A stretch of 64,000 nt of DNA from Callorhinchus milii (lineage: Eukaryota), in the NCBI RefSeq assembly GCF_018977255.1, contig NW_024704742.1:9488001-9552000 (forward strand). Direction: 5' to 3'. Shown here piece by piece: positions 26,001 to 38,330 of this stretch. Made by a program: the position numbers and the translations under genes. Below the pieces are notes generated by a model that was not told the DNA's origin, did no database searches, and saw nothing but the letters and a program-made list of their open reading frames with translations. Each line of letters begins with the position of its first letter. Within the stretch, counting starts at the first letter, position 1.

Positions 26001-27439
26001 TAGAATAGTAGAACAACCACAAAATTACATTTGTAAAGCGCCTTTCACATCGGGAGGATGTCTCAAGACAGTATTAGTTCATGGCAATCTCTGTACTTGT
26101 GTCTTTCTGCGCTTGGATTTTATAAGGTACTCATTGCAAACTCTGAAATCGTTAAAATGTGTGTTTTGGATGTATTTCAATAAGTCAGGCCAGAGGCTGT
26201 TTATTATTTTCTTTATAGAAAAGCTGCCCTTTTATTGCTGGGTTGTCAGAACAGACTGTCTGATCCTCAGCGTTAGAGGTACCCTGAAGTCTTGGGTCAA
26301 TTTAAAGGTGGGGGTGGGAATTATTTTTTGGTTGATAAGTCCATATCCACTCAAGGAACTCAATGTAGAGAAGATCAAAAGTGATTCTTGCCATCAAGGC
26401 CCCTTTTAAAATCCCAAGTGCTTTGTCAAAGGTTCAAGTCAGTAATCTGGTTGAGGAGGTTGAAATGAACAAAGTTTGGATAGTTTGTCTTTGTTGTCTG
26501 ATCTCTGGGATTAATGTCTCAGATTCACAGAGAACTATCCAATGTTATTAACAAGAAGGGATTTTCTTCAATAACGAGGTCCGACCATTCTCTCCTTTTG
26601 CTGTTTGAAGTTGCTGTGGGATTCAGCATCTGAAACAGAACTGATTGGTGATCAAATTTGGAAGCCAATTAGCACATAGCAATGTCCCACAAACAGCCAT
26701 GGAGTGAATGATCAATTTTATTTGGTGGATTGCCAGTCATGACAATGGGAGAAATTTGAAGCAAAGATTCATTACAACAACTTCCATTTATATTATAATA
26801 ATAATATATCATCCTTCACATGGGGTAGAGTCTCGGAGGGCTGAAAAAATTAGTGACTCTTCTCCTCGGGAGGTTTTGGAGTGGCAGTGGGGAGAAGTAA
26901 ACAGGGTCTCCTTGGAGCGAATTCAGTAATGGATGTTTAGTAATGGATTGTCGGAACCGAGCCAGCCCTCTGTGTCAGACTCTAGTTCAATTCTTGAGCC
27001 AGGCGGGTCCACAGTATACCTGGACACAACTAATGACAGCCCAGCCCAGCCTGGCTCATCAGCAAGACATGGAAGGGGAAACCAATTACTGGATTTTTCC
27101 CACTCAGCTCCCGATAACCCTACAAGCCAAAGCCGTAACGGGTAGGGTGGCCCTAGCTGGACAAGCCACGGTGCTTTCAATGGTAAGCTGTGAGGTTTTA
27201 GCTGGTTAAATTGACTACCTCTAAAACTTCAGCATTTAAATCAATTGAATTTTTATCCATTGATCTGTTCGAAATATTTTTGTGGAAAGGTTTGAGTGCA
27301 GATGACATCATTGCTGGGTTAGTGGAAAGGAGATTGGCTCAGAAATGTTTCTGGGGCCGATCATGTGAGGGAGCTCAGTTAGCACGCACAATTGAAATGA
27401 CCAATTGCTGCACTTGCCTGCGCTTAGGATGGTATCTTT

Positions 27440-27805
27440 GATTCCCACTACATTGTTGAGATATCTCAGAGCACTTCACAGTTATTGTAAAGTGATATGA
27501 CTGTGTAATTTCTGGTTGAACACAGCAACCGGTTCCACAAACACCCATGGAGTGAGCAACCGTTTTTTTTATTTTGGGGATTGTTGGCCTGGACACGAGG
27601 AAAAACACCCTTCCCTTTTTGAATAGTGCCATGGGATCTTTAACATCTACCCAATCAGGTAGATAGGAACTCAGTTTAACAGCTCATACAAAGTACAGTA
27701 CCTCTAAAAATGCAGCATGCCCCCAGCACTGCATTGGAGTGTCAGCTTAGACTATGTGAGTTCCAAGTCACAACAAGGATTTTGAACCCACAACCTTCCT
27801 ACTCC
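27440..27805 (-). mobile_element. SacSINE1-like DeuSINE
   Basis: Reverse complement of aaggttgtgggttcaa...ctgacactccaatgcagtgctg...aaagatcccatggcactattc. Confidence 0.72.
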
Positions 27806-28415
27806 TGTTTCCTGTTTAATGTCTCTTAGACCTTACCCATTTTCCTTTGTATACCTCGGTGGCGTGTGATTCAGAGCAAGTTTATTCTAGAATATTTCAT
27901 TTGGTGGGCAAAAGTACTCAATGTGCAGTCATTCATAAATAATTCAATGAGTTTTTTTAATTAATATTTGATGTTACCTCTGGTGCATTTGGGTCTGATA
28001 GGATGTTTAAAGATCCTCCCTTCAGCCCCACTGGCACAATACATTTCTGCCACCAATTGGTAGGATGTCGCCTCACACCACAAGTAATCTTGATTACCTA
28101 CCTATCCTATCCCATCTTCTACTCCCAACACAGTGACTTATGAGTCACAACATATATGCACATTGAGGAACCAGGCAACTCAACCCAATGAATGGATCAA
28201 CCAAGAGGAGGAAGAAGGCATTGTTAAAGCACAGTTGTTTCAAAGAGACTTTATATGCAGGATAGATTTCATATTTGTTGTATTTGTTTGTAGAGTTTGA
28301 CTATCAGGACTTGGCCATTCAGCCCATTGCTTTCGCACCTTGCCAATAATTTTTGGCAAATGTTTTAATTCTGTTTGTCTGGCTTTTCTCCATATCTGTT
28401 AGTATCCTGGCATCT

Positions 28416-28845
28416 AGTGTCAGTCTGGCTCATTTGATAGCACTCTCGCCTCTGAGTCAGAAGGCTGTGCATTCAAGCCCCATCTTGAGACTTTGAACTC
28501 ACAGTCTGGGCTGACGTTCTGGTGCAGTGTTGGAGGAATGCTGCATTGTCGCAGGTGCCAGACTTCGGAGGAGACTTGAAACCGAGATCACATGTGTCTG
28601 TTCAGGTGGACTTTAAAGATCCCATGGCACTACTCAAAATGGAAGCAAGTTTCTTCCAATGTCCTGGCCAACAATCCTCCAAATAAAATTGGTCACTCAC
28701 TTCGTGGCTGTTTGTGGGACATTGCTGTTGGTGAATTAGCTGCAGTGTTCGCCTACAAAATGTGCAGTCACTACACAGTAGTGTACACACTTCACAGTAA
28801 GTTTTATGAAGCACTTTGAGACATCTCAATGGCGTGATAATTACA
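28416..28845 (+). mobile_element. SacSINE1-like DeuSINE, near full length
   Basis: Head gcactctcgcctctgagtcagaagg, body caggtggactttaaagatcccatggcact, Deu block gctgtttgtgggacattgctg, L2-like tail. Confidence 0.8.
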
Positions 28846-29688
28846 TAATCATTGGTTGTTTTGTAGCCCACAAATCAGGGTATTCGTTTACGTTTTCCGG
28901 GGTAATAATCCCTCAAAAAAAAATTACTATTATCCTTGCTTACCAAGAATCTATCTGAAGATGAGAGGTAACATTTTAGGAAATGTTCGCACTGCCACTC
29001 TTTTCACCCCCTGCTAGTTTGAAGGATTCCCAGGTCAGGCTCCCTCCACCCAGCCTCGAAAGAGGTCCAATGGAACAGATACAATGAGTTCCAAAGCTGA
29101 GATTCTAGAGGGTCTAGATATTGACTCTCTCTACAGATGGGACCCTCATGTTGATTGACCTCTTTCCTAAATGGAATTGCGTTAACACTTGAAATTTGTA
29201 CTCTTGCAACGGTCTGATATGGCACTAATTATTATTTATGAAACTGAATCGAAAACACCACAAACTAATAAATGTTAAAAATGCAATTGTTTGCAAGCTA
29301 AGACTAAAAGTGCCCTATTACTACTAATAATAATCTTTGCATTTGATATAACACCTTATCACGTCATCGAGACGTCTCAAAGTGCTTCGCAGAATATACT
29401 GTAAAGTGGAGTGACTGTGTATTTTGTCGGCAAAATGGAAACAAAACCTGGGTGAAATGATTATTTTTGTAACTGTTGACAGACTGTAACTCTGGAGATG
29501 ACTGGTTTGGCTTCAGTAACTGGTTGTTCAGCACTGCAATCCCCTTCTTGTTACAGACAACTGAAACAACAACATAGTAAACATTCTGAACAATTCTGTA
29601 ACTGTTTCTGACAGAGCTTTGACTTCGCCAGTATTCTTTTCTTAACTTTTCCTTTACAAACTGTTCCTTGCTTATTGTAATTTTACAG

Positions 29689-29807
29689 GAAGGCATCCGA
29701 GCTTCGGATAGGGAAAGTCAAGCCATCAGACTCTGGACAGTATAAGTGTACAGCTACCAATAGAATGGGGCAGGACAGCTCGGAAAGCAACCTCACTGTC
29801 ACACCAG
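29689..29807 (+). CDS. NRG1: Neuregulin-1 Ig-like domain, second exon (internal, phase 2 to phase 1)
   Basis: Acceptor ttgtaattttacag| and donor CAG|gtaaga. It joins the previous exon in frame (AA+G=Lys) and encodes KASELRIGKVKPSDSGQYKCTATNRMGQDSSESNLTVTP, with the Ig DxGxYxC motif. Compare human SELRINKASLADSGEYMC. Missed by the ORF track. Confidence 0.93.
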
Positions 29808-30354
29808 GTAAGAGCAGCATGTTGATCAATATGGTTGTGGAAGAAGGTTTACACTAACTATAGATCTACATTAAAACCAGTGATGTACCACCTGCGTGTT
29901 TTATCTGTGGTGGTGAGTTGTTGGCATGTGTCCTTGTCTTGCTTTTCAATGCATTAGGTAGAGGGTAGACATGCATTAAAGAGAAGTTTCAATTCAATTA
30001 ATCTTCATTTAGCATTGGTGCCTGTGGTGTGATGACTTGCACACTGATGTTTCTTATGTTGCAGTAAAAGCATGTTTAACTGATGGCGAATTGAGAGGTG
30101 AAAGAACATCGAACAAAGCAGCTTTTTTTCCGCATAACTCCATAATATTATGTATTAGTCACGGTAAAACTTCTGCCTAGTTTTGCATAGTAGCAAAACT
30201 GTGTTGGCATTGCATTTCACTACGCCATAATGTTTTGCGATAATAAAATCAGCTTTTTGTTGTTGCCTTTCCACTCTGCACCATGCAGGAGGAGACTTGA
30301 TACAGGGACCAGATGTTGATAATGCACTTGCCAGCAATACTCTCGGTACTCTGA

Positions 30355-30778
30355 GTGTATCAGGCTGGCTCAGTTTGCAGTGCTCTCATCTCTGAGTCAG
30401 AAGGTTGTGGATTTAAGCTTTGCATCAGGACTTGGAACTCATATAGTCTAAGCTGACACTCCAATACAGTGCTAGGAGTTTGCTGAATTGATGGTGCCAT
30501 TATTCGGATGTGACATTGGTCTGAATGTTAAAGATCTCATGGTACTATTCGAAAAGAGAAGGGAGTTTCTTTTGGTGTCCTAGCCAACAATCCCAGAAAT
30601 AAAATTGATCATTCACTCCATGGCTGTTTGTAGAACACTGATGTGTGCAAATTGGCTGCTGCATTTGCCAACACAACACACAGTCACACTAGTTTACAGT
30701 ATATTCTGTGATACACTTTGGAATGTCGATCTGACATGAAAGATCCTTGACCAAATTTAAGGATTATTATTATTACTT
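30355..30778 (+). mobile_element. SacSINE1-like DeuSINE
   Basis: Same architecture as 28416-28845. Confidence 0.78.
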
Positions 30779-31994
30779 TATAGACAATACAATTTAAATT
30801 TATATAGTATCTTTCATGTCGGGAGGATTTCCCAAAGCACATCCACTGTGCTTGATGGACACATGAGCTATGGTGGGATTGGGAGGGATGGGGAAAGATG
30901 ACCGAAAGCAAAGTAAAGACTTATGTTTTGAGATATGTCTTGAAATATGGGAGGGATGGAGCGAGGAATGAGCATTCTCAACAAAAATTAGGGAATTAAT
31001 CAAATCTTGTGTGATAAATCCCTTTCTATTTTATTACTTAAGAATTTTAATTTACTAATTACTATAGGAAGAGACCTCAGGGATTGAGCAAGGCCATTTC
31101 CGATCCATCCAAAATGACACAAAAGAACTATATCACTGTTTAGACAAGAAGCAAAATGGACAAAACATTGTGAAGTGCTGTATTTTCCTGAGCATCAGCT
31201 CATCATGTCTCTGGATGATCCTTCGTTAAGCTTTGATAATTATGAATAATAGCAAGAAGAGAAAGAAAAGGAAGTTCTTCCAGTGTCCTGATCCAGATTC
31301 CTCCCGAGTCCAGACTCACCTTAAAAATCACCTTAAAATAGATGAATTGATTATTTATCTCACTGATGCTTGTGGGGTTTTGCTGGTAAGGACCAGTTGC
31401 TACATTTGCTTACACGACTATTATTACATTTTAGTGTAACTTGTTGTTTTGAAGCACTTTGAGAAGTTTCGACTCGAAGTGCAGTATTATTTTTAACAGG
31501 ATTTGTTGCTGCAGGACTAAGTGTGACCTGCAATTTGATACTAAAACTGTGTGTTCTCTGAGCAGTAAAGTTAGCAAGCAGGATTTTAAGGCTGTAATCT
31601 AATCTGTGATTGAAATTTTCTCCTCAACACCTATGGTGCTGATAAATTGTACTTTCCACTCACACACACATGCGCGTGTATGGACACATACACGCACACA
31701 TAACATTTGCACTGCTGAGGTCCGTTGACTCAGTTCTCCAAAAGTTTGGTCTATGTGGGTCAGTGTAACCTACTTGGCCCATTGGGGACCATTTCTAAAT
31801 CAAGAGCTTTACATGTGTAAAGATTTACAAATCTCGAGAAGAATCTGACTCAAGGGTTCTCATTTCATAGCACTAAGTATGTGACAGGCATAGTTCTTTA
31901 TAAGTTGTGTTTGTGGCAATGCTTGTACAAATCCAGTGACATTTGTGAAAGGAGTGAGCATGTCCTGGTGTCAGGTGAACCCAATATATGCAGT

Positions 31995-32120
31995 TGGCAA
32001 AATACTGCAGATGCTGGGAACCTGAAATAAAAACGGAAGTCGCTGGGAACACTCAGCAGGTCAGGCAGCATCTATGGAGAAAGGAAAGTGAGTTAAGTGA
32101 GTCTCAGATCGACTTTTCAT
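31995..32120. mobile_element. Short Penelope-like terminal-repeat insert with perfect 13-bp TSD
   Basis: Flanked by caatatatgcagt at 31982-31994 and 32121-32133; body homologous to 35923-36057. Confidence 0.65.
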
Positions 32121-35100
32121 CAATATATGCAGTCCTGGATGGAAGAAAAGACAAGCTGATATTTAGAGTGCATTGGCTTTCAAATTAGTTTTGGAAATGC
32201 ATTTTTTTCAGGGTGTGTGTGTGTGTATTTAAATATTTTTATGTATTGTATATATTCAGAAGTGTCAAAGTGAAATTTATTTTAATGACTGTGGCATGAA
32301 AGCTGTTAACACCATCAAAGCAATGTCTTGTTGGAGATTATTTTGTTGCATATTATAATTGGATGCAGCACAGTTGTAATATGTTTTGTGCACAGCGGAT
32401 GGCCTGAATCCAGCCCATTTTGAACATATTGTGAGACAATTGATGTAAGAAATGCAGCATTTAACATGTCTACAATTGATGACTGGATCTGAAAAGTTTA
32501 ATTAGTGGACATAGATTTCCCAATCTGAATGGAATATCTTTAACTCCCCTTTAAATCCTGGGCTCATAAATCTGGAAAATCTGCTGCTCTCAGATAAGGT
32601 GGCAGTTACACATTATTCCATTGATTTTTGTGTATTTATACATACAGCAAGGTATTTTTTTCCCTTGCTGGCTAAAGTTTCTTTGCATGAATTGTGCACT
32701 ATGGAGTAATTAGATACATCACATTGTTACCAGCTTAGCTGTGTTGAAGCACGTCTGAGCCATTGAGAGAGGAAATAGTTTTCCTCCTTTGTTCCAGAAA
32801 TGTCTTGGCTTGAAGTTACGACCAACTAATAGCATCACGTTTTGTGTCAATTTGCCAGACTGTAGGAGTTGCCCTGCTTATTCCCATTGGTGCACATGCT
32901 TAGGGTAACGAGATAATTTAGAGGCATGGTGTTGGGTGGGTCCCATGCCCTCTGTGATGATACCCCACGTGAAGGGCGCTGTATAAAGGCAAGTTGTTAT
33001 TGTTGAGCGCTCATGAGTCGCTGGATTCTCAAATTCTTTGGAAGGAATATTTGGGGTTTGGGCTTAAGAGAACTCTGATTTGGTTTGTGTGAAGGTGCAG
33101 CTGAAACTATTTATCACCGTAACTATTTAGCCTGCCAAAATACACAGGCACTGCAAATTATAGTGAATACTGTGAAGCTTTGAGATGCCCTGACATGCAT
33201 AACGCTATAACAAATGTAAGGATTATTATACTTACTGTTATTATATGCCCAATCCCAATGATTCCAACCCACCATTGTTTACCAAGGTCAGTCATTTTGC
33301 TGACGTTTAGGAAATCAACGCTATAGATTTCCTTTCCTTGCGTCCACTGAATCATTGGAAATCAAATTGGCCTCTCCACTAAACCATAGATTCAGTGTTT
33401 GCCCCTATAAGCAATTACTCTAACTTGGAAGAAGTAGTTCCAAAGTGCTCAAAATTCTGTTGGGATGTCAGAGGAGTTAATAGTGGTATTTTAAGAGTTA
33501 AGCAGTGCATTTTTTGTTGAATGCAAGAAATGCCAGAGGCTGTTTTTGATATAAACAAATGTGCTTTAGCTTGCCAAAACCTAACTTTATACCACGTTAG
33601 GTGTATTTTTATATGGTGCAATGTAACTTTACTCTGGAAATCGGCCCGGTTAGTTTGTGAGAAGTTAAACCGGTAGTTTTCATTATTGGTAGATTTGGTG
33701 CAAGTGTTCAAAAGCACGTTTTAGAAGGACTGAACATGTCAGCTTGGAAAAAGGGTGGAATGGGCAGCATGTTCCTTTAGGTGTAGAAACATTTGTTTCC
33801 TCACATCCATAAATTTATGGCTCTTTGAGGCCAAGCTATCAGAGGCAACTTCTGTGGTGGTCTTGCAATGGAGCATGCTACCAGAGCAGTGTACACTTTG
33901 ACACATGTAAGAGGTTAGAAACCCGGTGATAAAAGAAACTGTAAAATTCTCAACTTGCTTAATTACTGTGCAACATTGGCAATAGTGAAGGGACCAAAAG
34001 ACCTTGGGAAGACAAAAATAGGTGAAGTTATTAAAATAAACATTTTTGGGAAAGTTGCCGTTTTGGAAACAACTTCTCTACACAGTATCAAATCCATCAC
34101 TATCTCAGCTCTTGTTTCTTGATGTCTTATCTGATCTCCCAGCTGCCTTAAACGTAATGCTGAGATATGAGACTTTCCTTCAACAAATTTGGTGTCACTT
34201 GGCTGGAACTGAATACATTGCTCACTCCATATCCTGTGATGTGTTGGCCCTGCGGAATGAGTTGAATGTAAACCAACATTTCCAGCTGATAATAATAATA
34301 ATAATCCTTGCATTTGATAAAACTCTTTATCACATCTTCTAGACGTCTCAAAGCACTTCACAGAATATACTGTAAAGTGAATTAACTGTATATTTGTGGG
34401 CAAAATGTCACCTTTTTCTCCTGGATGTCATATTATTTTCACTGCAAGCACAACAACCTTCAGGTAGCAAATGCCAGTTGGAACAATTTTGTTCCACTCT
34501 GTCGCCTCAATGCCATCACCTGTGAGATGTCTTCCCACAGCCCACTCGAAGCTCTGATAGAGAACATAGTGACATTCTTACAGGAAGAAAGAAAAAGCTA
34601 TCCTCAGCATTAGGAAACAGAATCAGAAAACAGTCACCCACACATTAGAATAATGTATCTGAATTTAACTGTTCTATGTCTCTAATGCCAGCTCAAACTT
34701 TAAAGGTTGAAAATGATACAAATGCTGTTTCCTCAGAAAGCATGATGCACCTTTGGCTTGAACAAGGGAGAGTGAATTTCACATGAGCTTTCTGTCTCCC
34801 ACTGCGCCCAGCTCAGTTAGCTTGGTACACCACAACAATAAAATAGTTTTGATGACATTTTCACTTTCCTGCTCAGTCTGCGTGTCCTGTCAGGCTCATT
34901 AGTACCCGTAATGTACTCAGTTAATAAGCTGGTCACAAAGCTGCTCATTAATATGCTGTCGTCTGTATCATTGCTGAAGCAGACTGGGAACACTTAGAAT
35001 GTGAATTCCCTGCTGCGCAAAGAAATGAATACTGTGATATAATAGGGTTTTTCTTCCGACACTCTGTAGATAGATATTTTTTGAAACTTAACATTCCCTA

Positions 35101-35922
35101 TTGATCTGGTTTAGGACAATCAATGTGAAGCACAGCTTTGTAAGACAGTCAAATAAGATTGAACTATTATTACTGTTTGTCTTCATTCTCAATATTTATA
35201 AAATGTGAGTGGCTCCAGAAATTCTGATTTGAACCTGATTATATCCAGTCACTCAATCCATGACTGTTTATGGGACACTGCTGTGCACAATTGACTTCTG
35301 CGTTTCACCCACAAAATGCACAGTTCAATTCACTTTACAGTATATTCTGTGAAGGGCTTTAAGACGTCGTGAAATGCAAGGATTATTATTATTTATTATA
35401 ACATGGAGTTTCAGTCCAACATTATCTTCTTGTTCTAATAATATGTGCACTATAGGAGAGTTTAGGTCATGCAGTTTTTACTTTGAAACATCAGATATTG
35501 TATTGAAATGACATGGAGCATGTGGAATGAGTCTTTAAGCATCTGGGATTCAGTAGGAAATAGCAATCCTCTTCTCGGTCTTGGCCAGCAGTGAGCATTT
35601 TGCCAGGGGCGTCTGACCTTCCTTCGAGAAGATTGTCACGTGGATCTTATTTTTCTCCTGTTAAATATGCAACTCACCGGAGGATCCTCATTGAAATTCT
35701 GTACCACTTTTGTCTGTTCCTCCTATCAGCAGTTTATCATAACAAAATACTACTGCACAGCGAATCGGTGTCACATTGACACAAGTATCTTGTGCAAATC
35801 GTGTGCTTCTTCCAGGTATGAAAGCTCAGAGCACAATGGTACGAACATCCACACATTAACTTTTATAGGTAACCACCTCGTGCAATGCCACTTTCGCGTG
35901 ATGCTGCTTAACTTAATTTAGA

Positions 35923-36057
35923 ATAAAAACAGAAGTTGCTGCTCCAGGAAGCATCTATGGAGAGAGGAAAATGAGTTAAGGTTCATGGACGATGACCTTT
36001 CGTTAGACTTCTGTTTTTATTTCAGATTTCCAGCATCTGCGGTATTTTGCCTTTTGT
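35923..36057. mobile_element. Short Penelope-like insert with internal inverted repeat and 15-bp TSD
   Basis: Flanked by ttaacttaat(t/c)taga at 35908-35922 and 36058-36072; internal arms ataaaaacagaag and cttctgtttttat. Confidence 0.65.
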
Positions 36058-36179
36058 TTAACTTAATCTAGAGTTCTGCTCAAAGGCCCAGGCGAACAGT
36101 TGACTAAGCTGCCACAATAGATGACCACATTTTGCTCTTGCTTTTCAGCTTTGGGTTCTGATTTGCAGGATGATAGATA

Positions 36180-37340
36180 TCATAGAATCATACAATTATA
36201 CAACACAGAAGGAGGCCATTCAGCCCATCGTGTCTGTGCCGGCTCTTTGAAAAGAGCTTCCAAATCAATCTCACTCTCCCACTCCCCATAGCTCTGCAAA
36301 CTTGTCCTCCCCAAATAATTATCTACTTCTCTCTTAAAAGTTGTCATCGAATCGACTTCCACCACCCTTTCAGCCAATGCATTCCAGATCAGAACAACTC
36401 GCTGTGTGAAAAAAATTCTCATCTCCCCTCTGTTTCTTTTAAATCGGTGCCCTTGGGTTACCAACCCACCCGCCAGTGTAAGTAATTTCTCCTTGTTCAC
36501 CCTATCGAATCCCCTCATAATTTTGAAAACTTTTATTAAGTCTCCTCTTAATCTTCTCTGCTCCAAAGAGAATAATCCTGGCTTCTCCAGCCTCTCCTGA
36601 TAACTGGAGTTCCTCATTCCTGGTACCATCCTGGTAAATCTCTTTTGCACCCTCTCCAATGCCTTGACATCCTTCCTAAAGTGCGGGACCCAGAACTGAA
36701 CACAGTCTCTCGCTGAGGCCTCACCAGGGTTTTATAAAGGTTCATCATAACTTCCTGATATTTGTATTCTGTGCCCCTATTTATAAAGCCTAGTATCCTG
36801 TGTGCTTTTTTAACAGCTTTATCTACCTGTCCTGCCATCTTCAAAGATTTGCTTATATGAACCCCCAGATCCCTCTGTTCCTTCACTCCCTTTAAGATTG
36901 TACCATCAGCTTATATTGCCTCTCCTCATTCTTCCTCCCAAAATGCATTACTTTGCATTTCTCCACATTAAACTTCATCTGCCACTTGTCTGCTCATTTT
37001 ACCAGTCTGTCTGTGTCCATTTGCAGTCTTCTACTATCCTCCTCACTGTTTATTACTTTTCCTAGCTTAGTGTCATCTGCAAACTTGGAAATTGTCTTCC
37101 CTATACCCAAGTCCAGGTCATTTATATAGATCAAAAACAGCAGTGGTCCCAATACTGACCCCTGGGGGACACCACTGCTCACTTCCCTCCAGTCAGAAAA
37201 ACAACAATTCACCATCACTCTCTGCTTTGTGTCTCCCAGCCAGTTCTGTATCCATGCTGCCACTGTACCTTTAGTACCATGGCCTTTCATTTTGCTTACA
37301 AGTCTCTTACGTGGCACTTTATCAAATGCCTTTTGAAAAT
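36180..37340 (-). mobile_element. CR1 LINE, 5'-truncated (RT C-terminal part and 3' tail)
   Basis: Encodes SGVPQGSVLGPLLFLIYINDLD...ISKFADDTKL, RDLGVHI and RRLRGDLIKVFKIM; attctatg tail; frameshifted. Confidence 0.92.
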
Positions 37341-37969
37341 ACCAAGTAATGTCAAGCCTTACCTCCTCCTACTTTAAGAACTACTCCTTCCACCATGCCT
37401 ATGGTCATCTCCCCCTCCCACTTCTCCCTTGCCCTGCATCTAACCCCACCACTGTGCAGTGCTCTGAGATGTTATCCTCCTGTTTGAACGGTGCTATATA
37501 AATGCAAATTGTTGTAATTATCATCTGTGGTGAACTGCAGGCAGGGATGTGATGTGGAGGTGCCGGCATGCACATCAGTTGTCTACGAGGTTAATGCCAG
37601 TTTAAGATGCTTTCTTTACCCCCGATGAATGTTCCTCTGTGATTCATTCCCTGAGCATTTGTCATTGTTCATGATGTATGTGCAAATGTTGCTTTGTGGC
37701 TCCTTGTTACTGTTCATGAATGATAGCTGCTGGATCATGAGATCAAGTGCATTGAAAGGGTGAGGAGGCTGTTGTAATGAACATTCAAAGTTACTCAGAC
37801 CTTGCATTCGGAATCCTTTGATTTACAGATGATCCAGACTAGAAGCCAAAGCCCAGCAGGGAGGTATGTGCATAGAATACAGAAATAGGGAGGGCCTCAA
37901 GTGTTATCTTGAAGTTGGTAGTATCCTTGATTCTGGATCAAATAGTTGTTGGTTCAAGACGTATGTTAG

Positions 37970-38330
37970 GGAGACTCTGAGCTCACAGTCTAGGCTGACA
38001 CTCCAGTGCAGTGTTAAACAGTATCTCAGAGGTAATTTCTTTATGATGAGATGTTACACCAAGGCCCCATCTGCATGTTCAGGTGGACATTAAAGATCTC
38101 AATGCATCATTAACAAAGAGAAAAGTTTCTCCCAGTCACTGAGCCAATAATCCTTCAGATAAATTGTTCATTATCCTACTGGCTACTTGTGCAGCATTGG
38201 TTGCTCTGCACAAATTGATGCCATGTTTGACTACAAATACACAGTCACTACACTTAACAGTGATAACTGTACAATACTTGAGATGGTTCAGTGTTGATGG
38301 CACTATATCAAAGGCAATGATTATTATTAG
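37970..38330 (+). mobile_element. Degenerate SacSINE1-like DeuSINE
   Basis: gtctaggctgacactccagtgcagtg and ttcaggtggacattaaagatc, with tail. Confidence 0.65.

Noticed and set aside
26860..27190. GC-richer block with short ORFs; a similar unexplained block at 44880-45240
   Set aside because: No recognisable protein or RNA motif. Probably old repeat remnants that I cannot classify by eye.
37829..37863. 35-nt segment with good acceptor and donor
   Set aside because: Not phase-symmetric and has a stop in the NRG1 frame; no support as an exon.
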